Assembly: GCA_009914755.4 (NCBI GenBank) | Contig: CP068257.2 | Span: 36,544,001 to 36,608,000 of the forward strand | Length of the DNA: 64,000 bases | Direction: 5' to 3' | DNA from: the human T2T-CHM13v2.0 reference genome, Homo sapiens | Part shown: in pieces, positions 52,351 to 64,000 of the stretch | How the letters are laid out: each line of letters begins with the position of its first letter | Position numbering within the stretch: position 1 is the stretch's first letter | Translations under genes and position numbers: made by a program | Notes under the pieces: generated by a model | Told to the model about the DNA's origin: nothing | The model's input: the letters and a program-made list of their open reading frames with translations, nothing else | The model's database searches: none

Positions 52351-55300
52351 ACCTGTAGTGTGAACCTCAAAGTCAAGTTGAGAGGATTGAAGAAATGATG
52401 TAGATTATGTACCCTGTGTGACGCCTCTCATGTTATTCAGTGGTAGTTGGCTCCCTCTCCACACCTTCTTGGGAGATTCTAATTTTGTCGAAGGATCAGT
52501 CCTAGATCGCAGTGGCAGTGCTGACATTGCTGTAAACTTCAGGCCAATGTGGCAGCATACCATCTAGCCATATTGCAATGGAGAGGTCATGCAGGGGTAC
52601 TGTATGAATCAGTGCCCAGAGATAAAGGGGTGGTCTGTCCTCTGCTGCAAAGTAGGACAATGCTTGGTCTCCAGCTCTTCACCTCCTGGAAACTCACCCC
52701 CGTTTTGTGCTTGAATTCATGCTCTCTGAACAAGAGAAACTCATGTCATCTCTCTCATCCTGTAAAGCACTGCTGAGAACAATCATGCTAAAATAATTTA
52801 GAGAGAGAAAATGTTAAGCAAAGACTGTCAAAACAATACTCAAGAATACCAATAAGGAAGGCTGTTTTCAGTTAGCAAAATCTCCAACTAGGGGAGATTA
52901 AACAGCTCTTACAAAAGTGCGCGTTATACAACTATTTCATCACACGTTGAGAGCCAGCATCTCAGGATCCAGCCGTGAACCAACATCTGAAATACCTTTT
53001 CCCGTAATCCCCTTCATCCAAGAATAAACACTTTTAATGAAAGTCCCAAGAGGAAGTAAAAAAGAATTTGTTTTTCCAGTTTCTTTTAACAATCTTTCCT
53101 AAAATAGGGGGCTATTCTTGTTTGCACCTTCCTTATAACAGTTCAGTCAAATGTGGCCACTGCTACAGCTTCTAGCAAGTTCCCTGGGTGCAGAGAATTG
53201 GGAACTGGCACCTGCAAGACAAGCAGGCACCAGGATTTTGGGGGATTTTAATTTACTAACTACTCTTTATCCTTTTGGTGAGCTTGCATTTCAAACCTTG
53301 CCAAGAGACACATCTCCTTGAATTCTGCTGTCCTGTCTCAATGTGAAAGGCTTAAGAAGGATCATTTTGTTATTTCAAAACACTAGAGCAAATACTTCCA
53401 AGACTGTCTTGAAAAGTTCTTTGGAATTAACATCAAGCACTTACTATATAATGAAAGAGTCATGCATATACGATTGTTCTTTTAGCTGAGGAGTGTTTGG
53501 TAGTAATAATGGGAACAGAATTTGAGAGCCAGATTCTAAGCAGGAACGTAATAACAGACTTGAAGATAAAAAAAATATGGCTTTCCCTTAGCAGGAGGAG
53601 TTGTTGAAACCTGAAAAGCTCTGTTTATGGTTTTACCAGGAGCTTCTAACATCATGTAGAAAATGGATGTACAAATGTAATTAAACACAGTAACATGAAA
53701 CTGCGTGGAAAATTTGGCAGGGAATCATATTTTTTTCCTGATTATATAAGTAATACACATGTTCTTTGTGGAAAATATGGACATAAAAATATGGCATGTA
53801 GAAGAAAATTAAAATTATACAATTATACCACAAAATCATTTTCTGATGTATATATATTATTTTTCTAAAAAATTGTATTTATGCCCTATTCATATTTGTC
53901 CTGTTGCTTTTTGCTTTATGCTTAATTTAATCATATCTTTATATTGTAGTATGTGAACGGCTATCTCCCTAGGACACGTATTGCAAACATTGTTTTTCTT
54001 TAAGATCTAGAGTTTTATCTGAAACATTTATTTGAATCTTGCAATCCACTCCAAAACATACCCACATTTGTTTTACTATCAAATATGTAGCATATAAATA
54101 TAAAATGTAAACTGCATTGTAGATAAGTAAATATTATGTACATATAGACATAAAATATAAACTACAAAATTATAATATATAAAGCATATCAAAATAATAT
54201 TAATGAAATGTATGAAGCTGTACATAAATGAAAGATGCTATGTCCTCTTTAAAATTTTAATTTCATACCATTTAAACATATCTGCTTACCACATGCGTAA
54301 GAATTTCTTTGCCCAACTTGAAATAGCAACCTTAAAATATTCTATGTCACTGGAAAAAACTTGATGGCAATTTTTTATATACAACCCCACATGCACACAC
54401 ACCCACACGCAGAAGAACAACATCCATTTAGGGACTCCTTGGACAAAATTTCAAGTCTTGAAGAAGTAGGTTTACTCAAGCAAAACTAACCTCCTTTCCA
54501 AGTCTGGAATAGGTATGAGATGTCCTTTCACTAGATATAAATTTATCAATGTACAGAAAAACAAAATCGATGGGTCTCAATTTTTCACTGTAAAATTTCC
54601 TTCCTTAAATTTCATACAGTTTGGGCACCTGTTGTTCCTTGTTGGCCTGTAAGAAAATGAGTCACCATGTGCAAAAGATGAGCCATAGATCTGTTCAGAA
54701 ATAGTCACTCATGTTTGACATGACAGCTTGTTTTCCATATATTCTCTTGGTTGTTATTTTACATTGCATACATATAATAATAAAGTCATATTTTCTCCCA
54801 GCATGGCTTTCTAAGTGGAGTTAAATATATCAATATTTTATATCATACTTCACAGAGTGTCATGGCTTCCCATTTTGCCACCTGATCCAGACTGACAGTC
54901 ACCGCTGTAGGGGACCATACCATATACTTAGGCATGATAAAGGCCCATAGGTTGAAAGACAGAGAAGCATCCCTGACCCAGTAACTTACCATTTACTGGA
55001 GGAACGAGCCCAGCCTAGGCTGAAGAGCTAGTTGAGGAGGTGTCTCCACCACCCAACTCAACGAAGTCTAACATTTCACAGCTAGATCATCATTCCTTTG
55101 GCTTTAACCTGCAGAAATTGTATTGCTTCCCAAAATGCATATATAAGAGAGGTAAAGCCATACAATTTAATCAGTCATCTGCAATCGTGTTTCTCCAAAA
55201 GGGGTGGCCAGGCTGTCTGCATCAGTATCCTGGGGTAGGGAGGAGGAGGGTGGATGATTGATTGGAGATTTCTGAGTCCCATCATGAGAGATTCTTATTC

Positions 55301-55879
55301 TGTAGATCTGTGGAGGCCTCTGGGAGTCTTCATTTTAGCAAACATTCCAGGAAATTCCTGTGAACATTAGAATTTGAGAACCAATCATTTATACTCTGAA
55401 GTGAATGTACTTACGAATCCTTCCTTGAGAACAGAGGAGTTGCTTACTAATCTCTGGGGCGAATTCAGTGACCATCACTAACAGACAGAAAGAGGAATCT
55501 GGACAAAGCACAGGACAAACCTCACTTTTTCTGGAGTGGTCATCTATTAAGTGCTTTCTTGGAGAGGGTATAGTAATTGTATATTTCATATAAATACACT
55601 GTAGAAAGAGAAAAACAAATATTTAGATATTTGTGTCCCCTTCTGATTATCTACGAAGGGATTTACATGGCACAAATTAAATCTATCCACTCACCCTGAA
55701 GTTCTGTCCTTCCTTCAAGCAGGAGCCCCAGCAGAGTGGCCCAGGGCCAGCTGTTTTTAAGCAGCCTCTGAGAGCAACACAGCAGGTCCCACCCAGGAGA
55801 CCACAGAGCTATGGTGGGGGAAGCCACTTGCCTCCTGTATGAGTTCCCTGGGGTTGCTGTGACAAAGGACACTGAGAGA

Positions 55880-56260
55880 GTGTCTCAGATAATGGACATT
55901 CATTGTCACACAGTTCTGAGGCTGGAAGTCCAAGATCAAGGTGCTAGCAGGGTTGGTTCCTTCTGACAGCAATGAAGAAGAATCTGTTCCTGGCCTCTTT
56001 TCTGGCTTCTGGTAGCCTTGGGCATTCCTTGGCTTGAAGGTGGTCATCTTCTTCCTATGTCTTGAAATCATCTTCCCTTCATGTGTCTGGCTCTGTGTCC
56101 AAATTTCCTCTTTTTGTAAGGATAGTGGTAATATTGGATTAGATCCCACCCTAATGGTCTTATCTTAAATTGATCATTTGCAAAGACTATTTCCAAACAA
56201 GATCTTATTCACAGGTACTGGAGATTAGGGCTTCAACATCTTTTGGGGGTCACGATTCAG
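55880..56260 (+). mobile_element. Ancient interspersed repeat (same unnamed family as 32300-32660 and 50400-50830)
   Basis: cacagttctgaggctggaagtccaagatcaaggtgctagcagggttggttccttctgacagc ... ctctgtgtccaaatttcctctttttgtaaggatagtggtaatattggattagatcccaccctaatggtcttatcttaaattgatcatttgcaaagactatttccaaacaagatcttattcacaggtactggagattagggcttcaacatcttttggggg. Confidence 0.55.
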
Positions 56261-57914
56261 CCCATCATGCCCCCTCTTCTCAGGTCTGTCTGAGGCTTGC
56301 TGCTCTGTCCCTTAGTGGCTGGGGACAGCATGCTTGCCTATGGCCATGCCTGTAGCTCCACTTTGCTCTGAGAGGCTGAGCAATGCCTCTCATCAGTCTT
56401 CCCACAGCCCCTTGAGTGGCCCAGCACCTACTCAGTGACCCATAGGGATCCGGTAGAAGGAGCAAATCACAGCAAGGCCATAAAGAATTTAAAGCTTAAC
56501 CCAGATGCTGAGCTGGGATGCAAAGCAACAAGCTAGAAAATTGACAGGCAGGCCCCAAATGGTCTTGCAGAGTCTAATGTCATCAGGTTTCTCTGTGATG
56601 TGGCTTTTATTAAACACTTCTTAATAATTTGTGTTATTACTTCTGAGCTTAGAAATGAATTATACTCATTCTCTGGAAATATTTTTAGACTTTGCCTCTA
56701 GGTCATGACCAATAAAAGGTTTAAATTCAAATACTGAATGATCCAAGGGCTCACTTCCTATAGAAATATCTTCATCTATGAGAATGATAATAGTGATAAC
56801 AGCAAATATCCATGGGGTGCCATAATTTATAAAAATTATGTGTTTTTACAAGAATTATTTACTTGTCACCTCAGAGGAAACTCAAAAGGAATATGACTAT
56901 TAGCCCTCAGCGGAAGCTGAAATGTATCACCTATCGTAAGGTATCTAGTCTATTTCCCATGATGTTTACTTTTTGTGTCCGAGAATGTTGCATACTCTCA
57001 TTCAAAGTCTTTCCCAGAAAGGACCAGTTGATAAAGCCACTGGCTCTTTCCAGCATCACGCCTGTACTGATGCCACAGTGGACAGCCTTTGATGCCACAG
57101 GACCACAGCTCAATCTCCTGATTGTGAGGAGAAGAGTGGGGGTGTTCTCACTGCCCCAGGGCATTACTAAAACAGGTTTGATCAGCAAGACATTAAACAA
57201 CAGAGATTAGGCTTAGGAATCTAATATGCCACTATGTGCTTACTGTTGTCCAAATATTAGGAAACACAATCCCAGATCAGTGGGTTAGATTTGTGTTCAA
57301 GGGGACAAGTTGGAATGTGATGCCCTCACTTCAGGTGAGCTCTCTTTACTTGAAACACTCTTAGGTTTACTGGAAGGACTCATTCTCGGGAAGTCACGCT
57401 CTTTTTTACTTAACGTCTTTCATCATGTTAAACATTTATTTTATATTCTCTTTCAGATTGGCTTCTTATTAACCCAGATTACTGAGGTTCTAATTCTATT
57501 TATTTTGTTCCCGCTGACCCTTAAGTGGAGTATATTGTGTCCTGGTATATTTTTATATACCAGGTTTTATATTTGCTTCTGCTAAGATTCCAAAGAGGCA
57601 TGTTTGTCTGGGAAAATCTGCAAGCTAATTTCTTAGCTAGGGAATTCCTGAACAAAGAAGGAAGTGAAAATCTGAGCCCCAACTTTGTGTTTGGAAAAGG
57701 GCTGCACTAATGGATTAGGAGATTCCTACCTTCACACCTAAACCAGGCAGAAAGGGATAGACTTCCCTGTTGCAATCCTGTGCTAATATGCAGGTAATTT
57801 TCTGGTCTTACCTTCAGAGTTCTGTCCTAATGGAGGAAATATCACTTCCCACTCTTGCTTTGTATGGTTCCGAGACCTCAACTTCTGTCCATGTATGGAC
57901 ATTGAAAATTTAGG

Positions 57915-58215
57915 TTTCTGGCTGGCATGTTGGCTCCATGCTTCGGGAGGTAATCCCACTACTTTGAGAGGACAAGGAAGGAGGATTGCTTGAGGCCAGG
58001 AGTTTGAGACCAGCTGGGCAACAAAGAAAGACCCCATTGCTACAAAAAATTTAAAGAAATTAGCTGAGCACAGTGGCATATGCCTGTAGTCTCAGCTACT
58101 CTGGAGGCCGAGGCAGGAGTATTTATTGAGCTCAGGAGTTTGAGGCTGCAATGAGCTATGATTCAGCCTGGGAAACAGGGAGAGACCCTGTCTCTATAAA
58201 AAAAGAAATAAAAAT
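57915..58215 (+). mobile_element. Alu (older, AluJ/S-like), sense orientation
   Basis: ggctggcatgttggctccatgcttcgggaggtaatcccactactttgagaggacaaggaaggaggattgcttgaggccaggagtttgagaccagctgggcaacaaagaaagaccccattgctacaaaaaatttaaagaaattagctgagcacagtggcatatgcctgtagtctcagctactctggaggccgaggcaggag ... gagaccctgtctctataaaaaaag. Confidence 0.9.
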
Positions 58216-59369
58216 TAGTCTTATATGTTTCCAAAGCCAAAATCCACTCCATTCCCACCTGCAAGCATTAGGTCACATGTTTCTGGCACCTCGATTGAAA
58301 GCATTTTTTTTTTAATGCTATACAGCCTTTCTAAACATTTGCAGCATGAACATTTTCAGGTTATCCAGATTGTTGTCACGCTGACCACATACTCTGACAT
58401 TTCCACATCAGCATTTATAACCTCACCTGGGCTGTTTTTGAAGCTGAACTCAAGAATATTTCCTTAGATTCAGCATAAAGAATTGGAGAGCCAAAATATG
58501 AAATATATCCTCTTCTAAGAAATACTCCTAAAAGTAAAGTTAACACCTCAGGTGGCCCTCTTGGTGTTCTAAATGATGAATGGCATATCTGTATTTCTTC
58601 AATTAGTCCACCAATACCAAGGCCTCCGTTTTCTAGGAGGACTTGGGCACAGAACCATGGTACTGCGGCTTACAGCAGCAAGTGCAGTCCCATTAACAAC
58701 CAGCAGATGGCGTAAGTATAACCAGCCCCGAGGGAAGGGCCCAGCGCTCCTGAGATAGGAAAGGAGGAAGTCGTTTATTATTTAAAGGAGAGTTTGAGGA
58801 CGGACTTGAGCTGTGTGAAATTTGAGATATTCAGGGAAGCTGATATATGTTAATCTGTTCCAAGTAACACATGAAAATATCTTTTGCCAACCCAACTCTG
58901 TTTACTTTTTTAATTTCCTCAAAAGAAAAAAAGAAGTGATTGTATCAACAGTGGGACAGGAGGAAAAACAAGGAAAATATCCAAAGGCAGGGACAGAAGT
59001 CTGCAGGTTATATTAATAAAACATTTTAAGCAGGCAGGTCTTTCTTTGAAGGTGAAGCACCTTTCATTTGCTTGCCACTCTGAATAAAAATTACCCCTCC
59101 AAACACAAAATAAACACAACATTTACCATGCCCTGCCAACTTTGCCTTTGCATGGAGTTACCATGGACTTTCCTCGTTGTGAAAGGAACTCCAGCCCCTT
59201 CTGAACCTTCAACTGCAACTCTGAGCGGGTGAGAGTGCATCCCTACTTTCCCCACTGTTCTGGGGTATGGTAAGACAGGCTTGTCTAAATCCTGTCGACT
59301 CCAAGGACTTGTAGAAATTCCTTGTGAGACAAGAGTGGTTTGATAAATAATTCTACCACAAAGACACGT

Positions 59370-59750
59370 GCAAGGGAATGTTCATTGCAGCCTTATTCAC
59401 AATAGCAAAGACATGGAATCAACCTAAATGCCCATCAATGACAGCTCAGATAAATAAAATGTGGTCCATGTATACCATGGAATACTGTGCAGCCATAACA
59501 AATGAATAAGATCATATCCTTTGCATGAACATGGATGAAGCTGGAGACCATTATCCTTAGCAAACTAACCAGGAACAGAAATCCAAATACCACGTTTTCA
59601 GTTATAAGTGTGAGCTAAATGATGAGAACTCATGAACACAAGGGAACAACAGACACTGGGGTCTACTTGAGGGCACAGGGAGGGAGGAGGGAGCGGAGCA
59701 CAAAAGACAACAATTGAGTATTGGGCTTTTAATACCTTGAAGCAGAAGTT
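59370..59750 (+). mobile_element. L1 3'-end fragment (older subfamily), sense orientation
   Basis: cattgcagccttattcacaatagcaaagacatggaatcaacctaaatgcccatcaatgacagctcagataaataaaatgtggtccatgtataccatggaatactgtgcagccataacaaatgaataagatcatatcctttgcatgaacatggatgaagctggagaccattatccttagcaaactaaccaggaacagaaatccaaataccacgttttcagttataagtgtgagctaaatgatgagaactcatgaacacaagggaacaacagacactggggtctacttgagggcacaggg. Confidence 0.85.
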
Positions 59751-62700
59751 AAAAAGAGAAAAACGAGTTTTCCTGTACTTACTTGGCTGACTCACTCCAA
59801 GGCTAGCAGTAGGCAGGGCCCTAGTGGGGCCTTGATAACACTATCTGAAAAGCCAGAGCCCAAAGGAATGAGCTCCAGAGACTCTCCCAACACCTCCTCC
59901 CCCAAGCAAGTGTAAGAAAAACTGTTTCTTCGTATCAGTTTCCCCCTTTGAAATTCTTTCCCTATACCATTATCCTTTGATCTGCTCTCACAACTACTTT
60001 TGTAACTATTTCTGCAAGTTTGCAAGGATTTTGTAAGTTCTTGTTTTCCAGCTGTGCCATATGGTGAAGGTCACAAGACAAGCCTGAGTTGTAAAACATG
60101 TCGCTGTTTGGTAAACTGCCTTTGTTCTGCTTCTGTGAAGCTTGCTTGCCCGCCCTGCAGGTTTCACGCCACTAGCTGGCCAACTCCCTTCAGTTGCATG
60201 TATAAAAGTCAAGCCCTGTCTTTGTTCAGGGCTCAGCCTTTGGATGTTAATCTGCTGGGCCAGTGGCCACCTAAATAAAATCTTCCTGTTCCACCCATTG
60301 GTCTCTCCTGTCCCTTAATTCCCACAACAACCTGAGTGATGAAATAATTTGTACAAGAAATCCCCGTGACATGAGTTCACCTAAGTAACAAACCTTCACA
60401 TGTACCCCTAAACCTAAAATAAAAGTTTAAAAAACTTTATGGTTTGGCTACCTCAGTTATCAAGGGTCTCATCCTACCTCACATGCTCCACATAGCAACA
60501 GAGAGGCACCCAGGCACAGGAGCACACATGCCCTCAGGTGCCCACACGCACTACATGGAGGGCTGCTTCAGTCTCTCCTTCCCTCAGCACCAGCATCCTG
60601 GGATTTCCCAGAGGAAAAAAAACGGGAGCCAGTCTGAGTGGTCAATGTTGAAGCACAGAGGGTTCAGAATGGATTTGCACAACAGATAGCTCTGTGTCTA
60701 GGAATATCCTGGTCTCCTTCACTCATGGCCCAGGTCATCTGGCTTTTGGGATGAGGGGTGCTACATGACACACAGGGCAGGATGTCAAGATGAAAAAGTC
60801 CAGTGTAGAGTTTAGTACCAGAAGAGAGAAAAAAATAGAAAAAAGTGTACAGATCAGGGTGTGATGACTTTGATGATGACCATTTCTTTGAATTGGGCAG
60901 GTTGGAAAAGAAAAATAAGCATTGGGTGGGGCAAGTGCAGGTTAATCTGGGAGAATGTGGAAAGGCACAATACAAAGTAAGAGACTGTATGTTGATCCCT
61001 GGAGATGTTCCTGAGGACACAGGGGATACTTCATTAGCATGTAGGCTCAGTGATAGAAAGGATTCATCATTTTGTTGCAGAGGAAAAGTTCATTGCTGTG
61101 AGATGTCCAGTTTTCATAATATGAAAAGAGCATATGACAATGAGTATTACTACTCAATGATGAGTAATATGTTTTTATGAATATGCATGTGTAAAACTGA
61201 GTTTTTTAATCATTATATTGAATGTGGTTTTCCTTACTCCCTCTTATTGCTGCAACTCTTTGTGAAAGTGATGCATTTCCCTTTATGAGTTACTGATTCA
61301 ACACCCTCTTGTCCAGTTTGTCACATTTTTCTCATTTCTGGACTCACAGTTCTAATTCAGTTTTCTCCTGGGGTTTCAACATGGTTAATTTTTTTCATTT
61401 GCTCCTTTTTCACCTTTGTTTTAAATAGTGGTAGAATAAATCACACACCTTCTTGCTTTGCTTGAAAATTAACTTTTGCATCTTCCAATCAATAGAATTT
61501 TTGTTTAGGTCCTTGAATACAGATTGAGAAATGTAATGGCTAAGTTACCAAAATCAACTAAATTCAGGTAAAACATTTTTGTTTTAATTCCATTAAGTCT
61601 TGTTTGGGTTTCTTTTTCCTTGCATAGGTATTAATAATACTTATTCTATTTCCAATCTACCATTGATAAAAGATAAATGCACTTTCATTTCTCTGAATAC
61701 TTCTATTTAGGAAAACCTACTAAATGTGCAGTGAGTAATTTTAATATTCTATTGAACACTCACTAAAATTGCAGTGCTGAGTATGATAGTTAAATGGAGA
61801 CCCAGAGGAGACCCCATCTGTGGACAGTTACAATTGTACTTAGACCATTTTCCTAACTGGGCTCTCCTTTAGTTCCAGGATACAAGCTGAAAGTAATAGT
61901 AATAGTCTACTCTTTAGATTTAATGTGAAAAATAAGGGCAAATGTTTAAGCTCCTAGAAATATAAAGTTGTCCAGGTTTTTAATGCTAACTTTGGTCATT
62001 TAAAAATAATTTGCAAGACAGAATCCCAAACCAGCTTTCTTACTAGTGATAGGGCCCAAACTGAAAAACTGCTCTCTGCTGATGCAGAAACAGACAGGCT
62101 CACCTTTTTTGATCGAAGTGAGTGGAAACTCCCCTGAAAAAGGAGGTTTTTAAGCAGCAACTAAACCTCAGCCCCCAACTGAAAAACACTGGAAGATCAG
62201 GGATTCCTGGAGGAAAGAGGTCCTGGACTTCAGCAATCGTCCTATTGGTTTAGGCTACAAGGTGCCCAAGCCAGCACCAGGCACCAATAGGCAAGCTGCT
62301 GCAGGCCAGGTCACCTTCACTCAGGATCCCTTTGTGGTTACCGGATGTCAACTGAGGAACGTGATGAGACAAGTCTCAATCATTTTATGAGATTTATTCA
62401 CCAAAGTTAAGGATGTGTGTCCGCAACACAGCCTCAGGAAGTCCTGATGACATGCGCCCAAGGTGGTTGGGGCACAGCTTGGTTTAATACATTTTAGGGA
62501 GACATGAGACATTAATCAATAAATGTAAGGAAGTACACTGGTTCTGTCCAGAAAGGTGGGGACAACTCAAAGCAGGGAGGGGACTTCCAAGTCACAGGTA
62601 GGTGAGAGGCAAAAGGTTGCATTCTTTTGAGTTTCTGATAGGCCTTTCCAAAAGGAGGCAATCAGAATCTGCATCTATCTCAGTGAGCAGAAGGATGACT

Positions 62701-64000
62701 TTGAAATAGAATGAGAATCAGATTTGCCCTGAGCAGTTCCCAGCTTGAAGGGGCCCAAGATATCTTCCTTTCACAAAGTCTTAATAGAAGCTGAAGGCTT
62801 CAGATTTAACCCAATTACTGCTGTTAAACATTGCATACAATGGTTCTCAACTAGGGGTGATTTTGACCCCCAAGGGACATTTGTCAAAGTCTAGAAACAG
62901 TTTGGTGATAACAGCTGAGGGAAGGGATGCTGTGAAATCTAGTTGGTAAAGGCCAAGGGTGTAGCATTCTGAAATACACAAAACAGCCTCTTGCTCCACC
63001 CAACAAATAATGATTTGACCCAAAATGTCAACAGCAACAACACTGATAAATGCTGCTACATTGAACTGTTTTTCTAAAAGTACTAAGAGATTAAAATTTA
63101 TATCACATGACTAATTTATGGGGATTAGAAGTTTTTAAGAGCTTTGTTAAGATATAATTCACATACCAAACAATTCAACAATTGAAGTATGTAATACAAT
63201 GGTTTAAGTTTGTTTACAGAATTGTGCAATTGCCACATTACGTTCTATATTTTAATCACCCCAAAAAGACAACTAGTACATTTTAGTCATCATCTCTCCA
63301 TCCTCCCTCTGATTCCCACCGTAAGCCTTAGCAACCATTCATCTACTTTCTATCTCTATAGTTCTGCCTATTCTGTACATTTCACATTGATGAAATTATA
63401 CAGTATGTGGCCTTTTGCATCTTGTTCTAGCATAATGTTTTCAAAGTTCATCCATGTTGTCTGTATCAGTATTTCATTCCATTTTATTGCCGAATAATGG
63501 GATTTATAACGATACTGCTGCAGAAATCAGGAGAATGGAGAGACCACTGGATGGAAAAGGAGGATTTTATTGAGTGCACTCAGACCCGGCGGATTAACAT
63601 CCAAAGGCTGAGCCCTTAACAAAGGCAGGGCTTGACTTTTATACACACTTCTGAAAGGGGGCTGGATAGTTTGAAACAAGCTTATAGTGGCGCAAAATGC
63701 AGTGACACAAAAGCAGGTAACAAAGGCAGTTTATGAAACAGTGACAGACCTGTAACTCAGGCTTGTTTAAACACATCATGTGACTCCTGCTATGTGGCCC
63801 AGGTGGCTGTTATCTAGGCTTGCCCAAGCTTATCTTGTGTCCTTTGCTGTGCTGCCTGGATGGAAAGCAGGAACTTACAGAAACCAGCCACAGAAAACAG
63901 GAATTTGCAAACTTATGAAACTTGCCAGGGTATAGTGGCACATGGGGCCGGGGCAGGTTGGGGGGTGATGGGGGGCAGGGCTTCAGCTGCCTAAAAGAAA

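Overview
This window is primate (human-type) nuclear genomic DNA. It is AT-rich, CpG-depleted and densely packed with Alu, L1, MIR and MaLR-LTR insertions and microsatellites, so it is not prokaryotic and prokaryotic 'system' models do not apply. No intact protein-coding gene is supportable; nearly all large ORFs in the six-frame track are translations of L1 ORF1/ORF2 remnants or of purine/pyrimidine microsatellites.

The most interesting content is a tandemly duplicated locus carrying an exon-like block of a coiled-coil gene (minus strand, 44.5-45.5 kb), with a truncated second copy at 49.1-49.5 kb. My alignment from memory to SYCP3/XLR suggests a Cor1-domain (SYCP3/XLR/FAM9-like) family. Copy 1 carries at least two frameshifts (pseudogene), and a full-length old L1 (36.6-43.9 kb, 15-bp target-site duplications) has split its 3' flank.

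Other structural oddities:
- a 35-bp inverted templated insertion inside an Alu, copied from 1.8 kb away
- a ~190-bp, ~97%-identical inverted-repeat pair around an 890-bp spacer
- a ~740-bp pure polypyrimidine/polypurine mirror tract
- a 260-bp GAA/GGA tract
- an ACATTA-rich degenerate minisatellite with a displaced partial copy
- two young L1 insertions with twin-priming 5' inversions, one with perfect 15-bp target-site duplications
- a young AluY with a perfect 16-bp target-site duplication

All family assignments are from unaided pattern recognition of consensus sequences. Coordinates of repeat boundaries are approximate (about ±20 bp).
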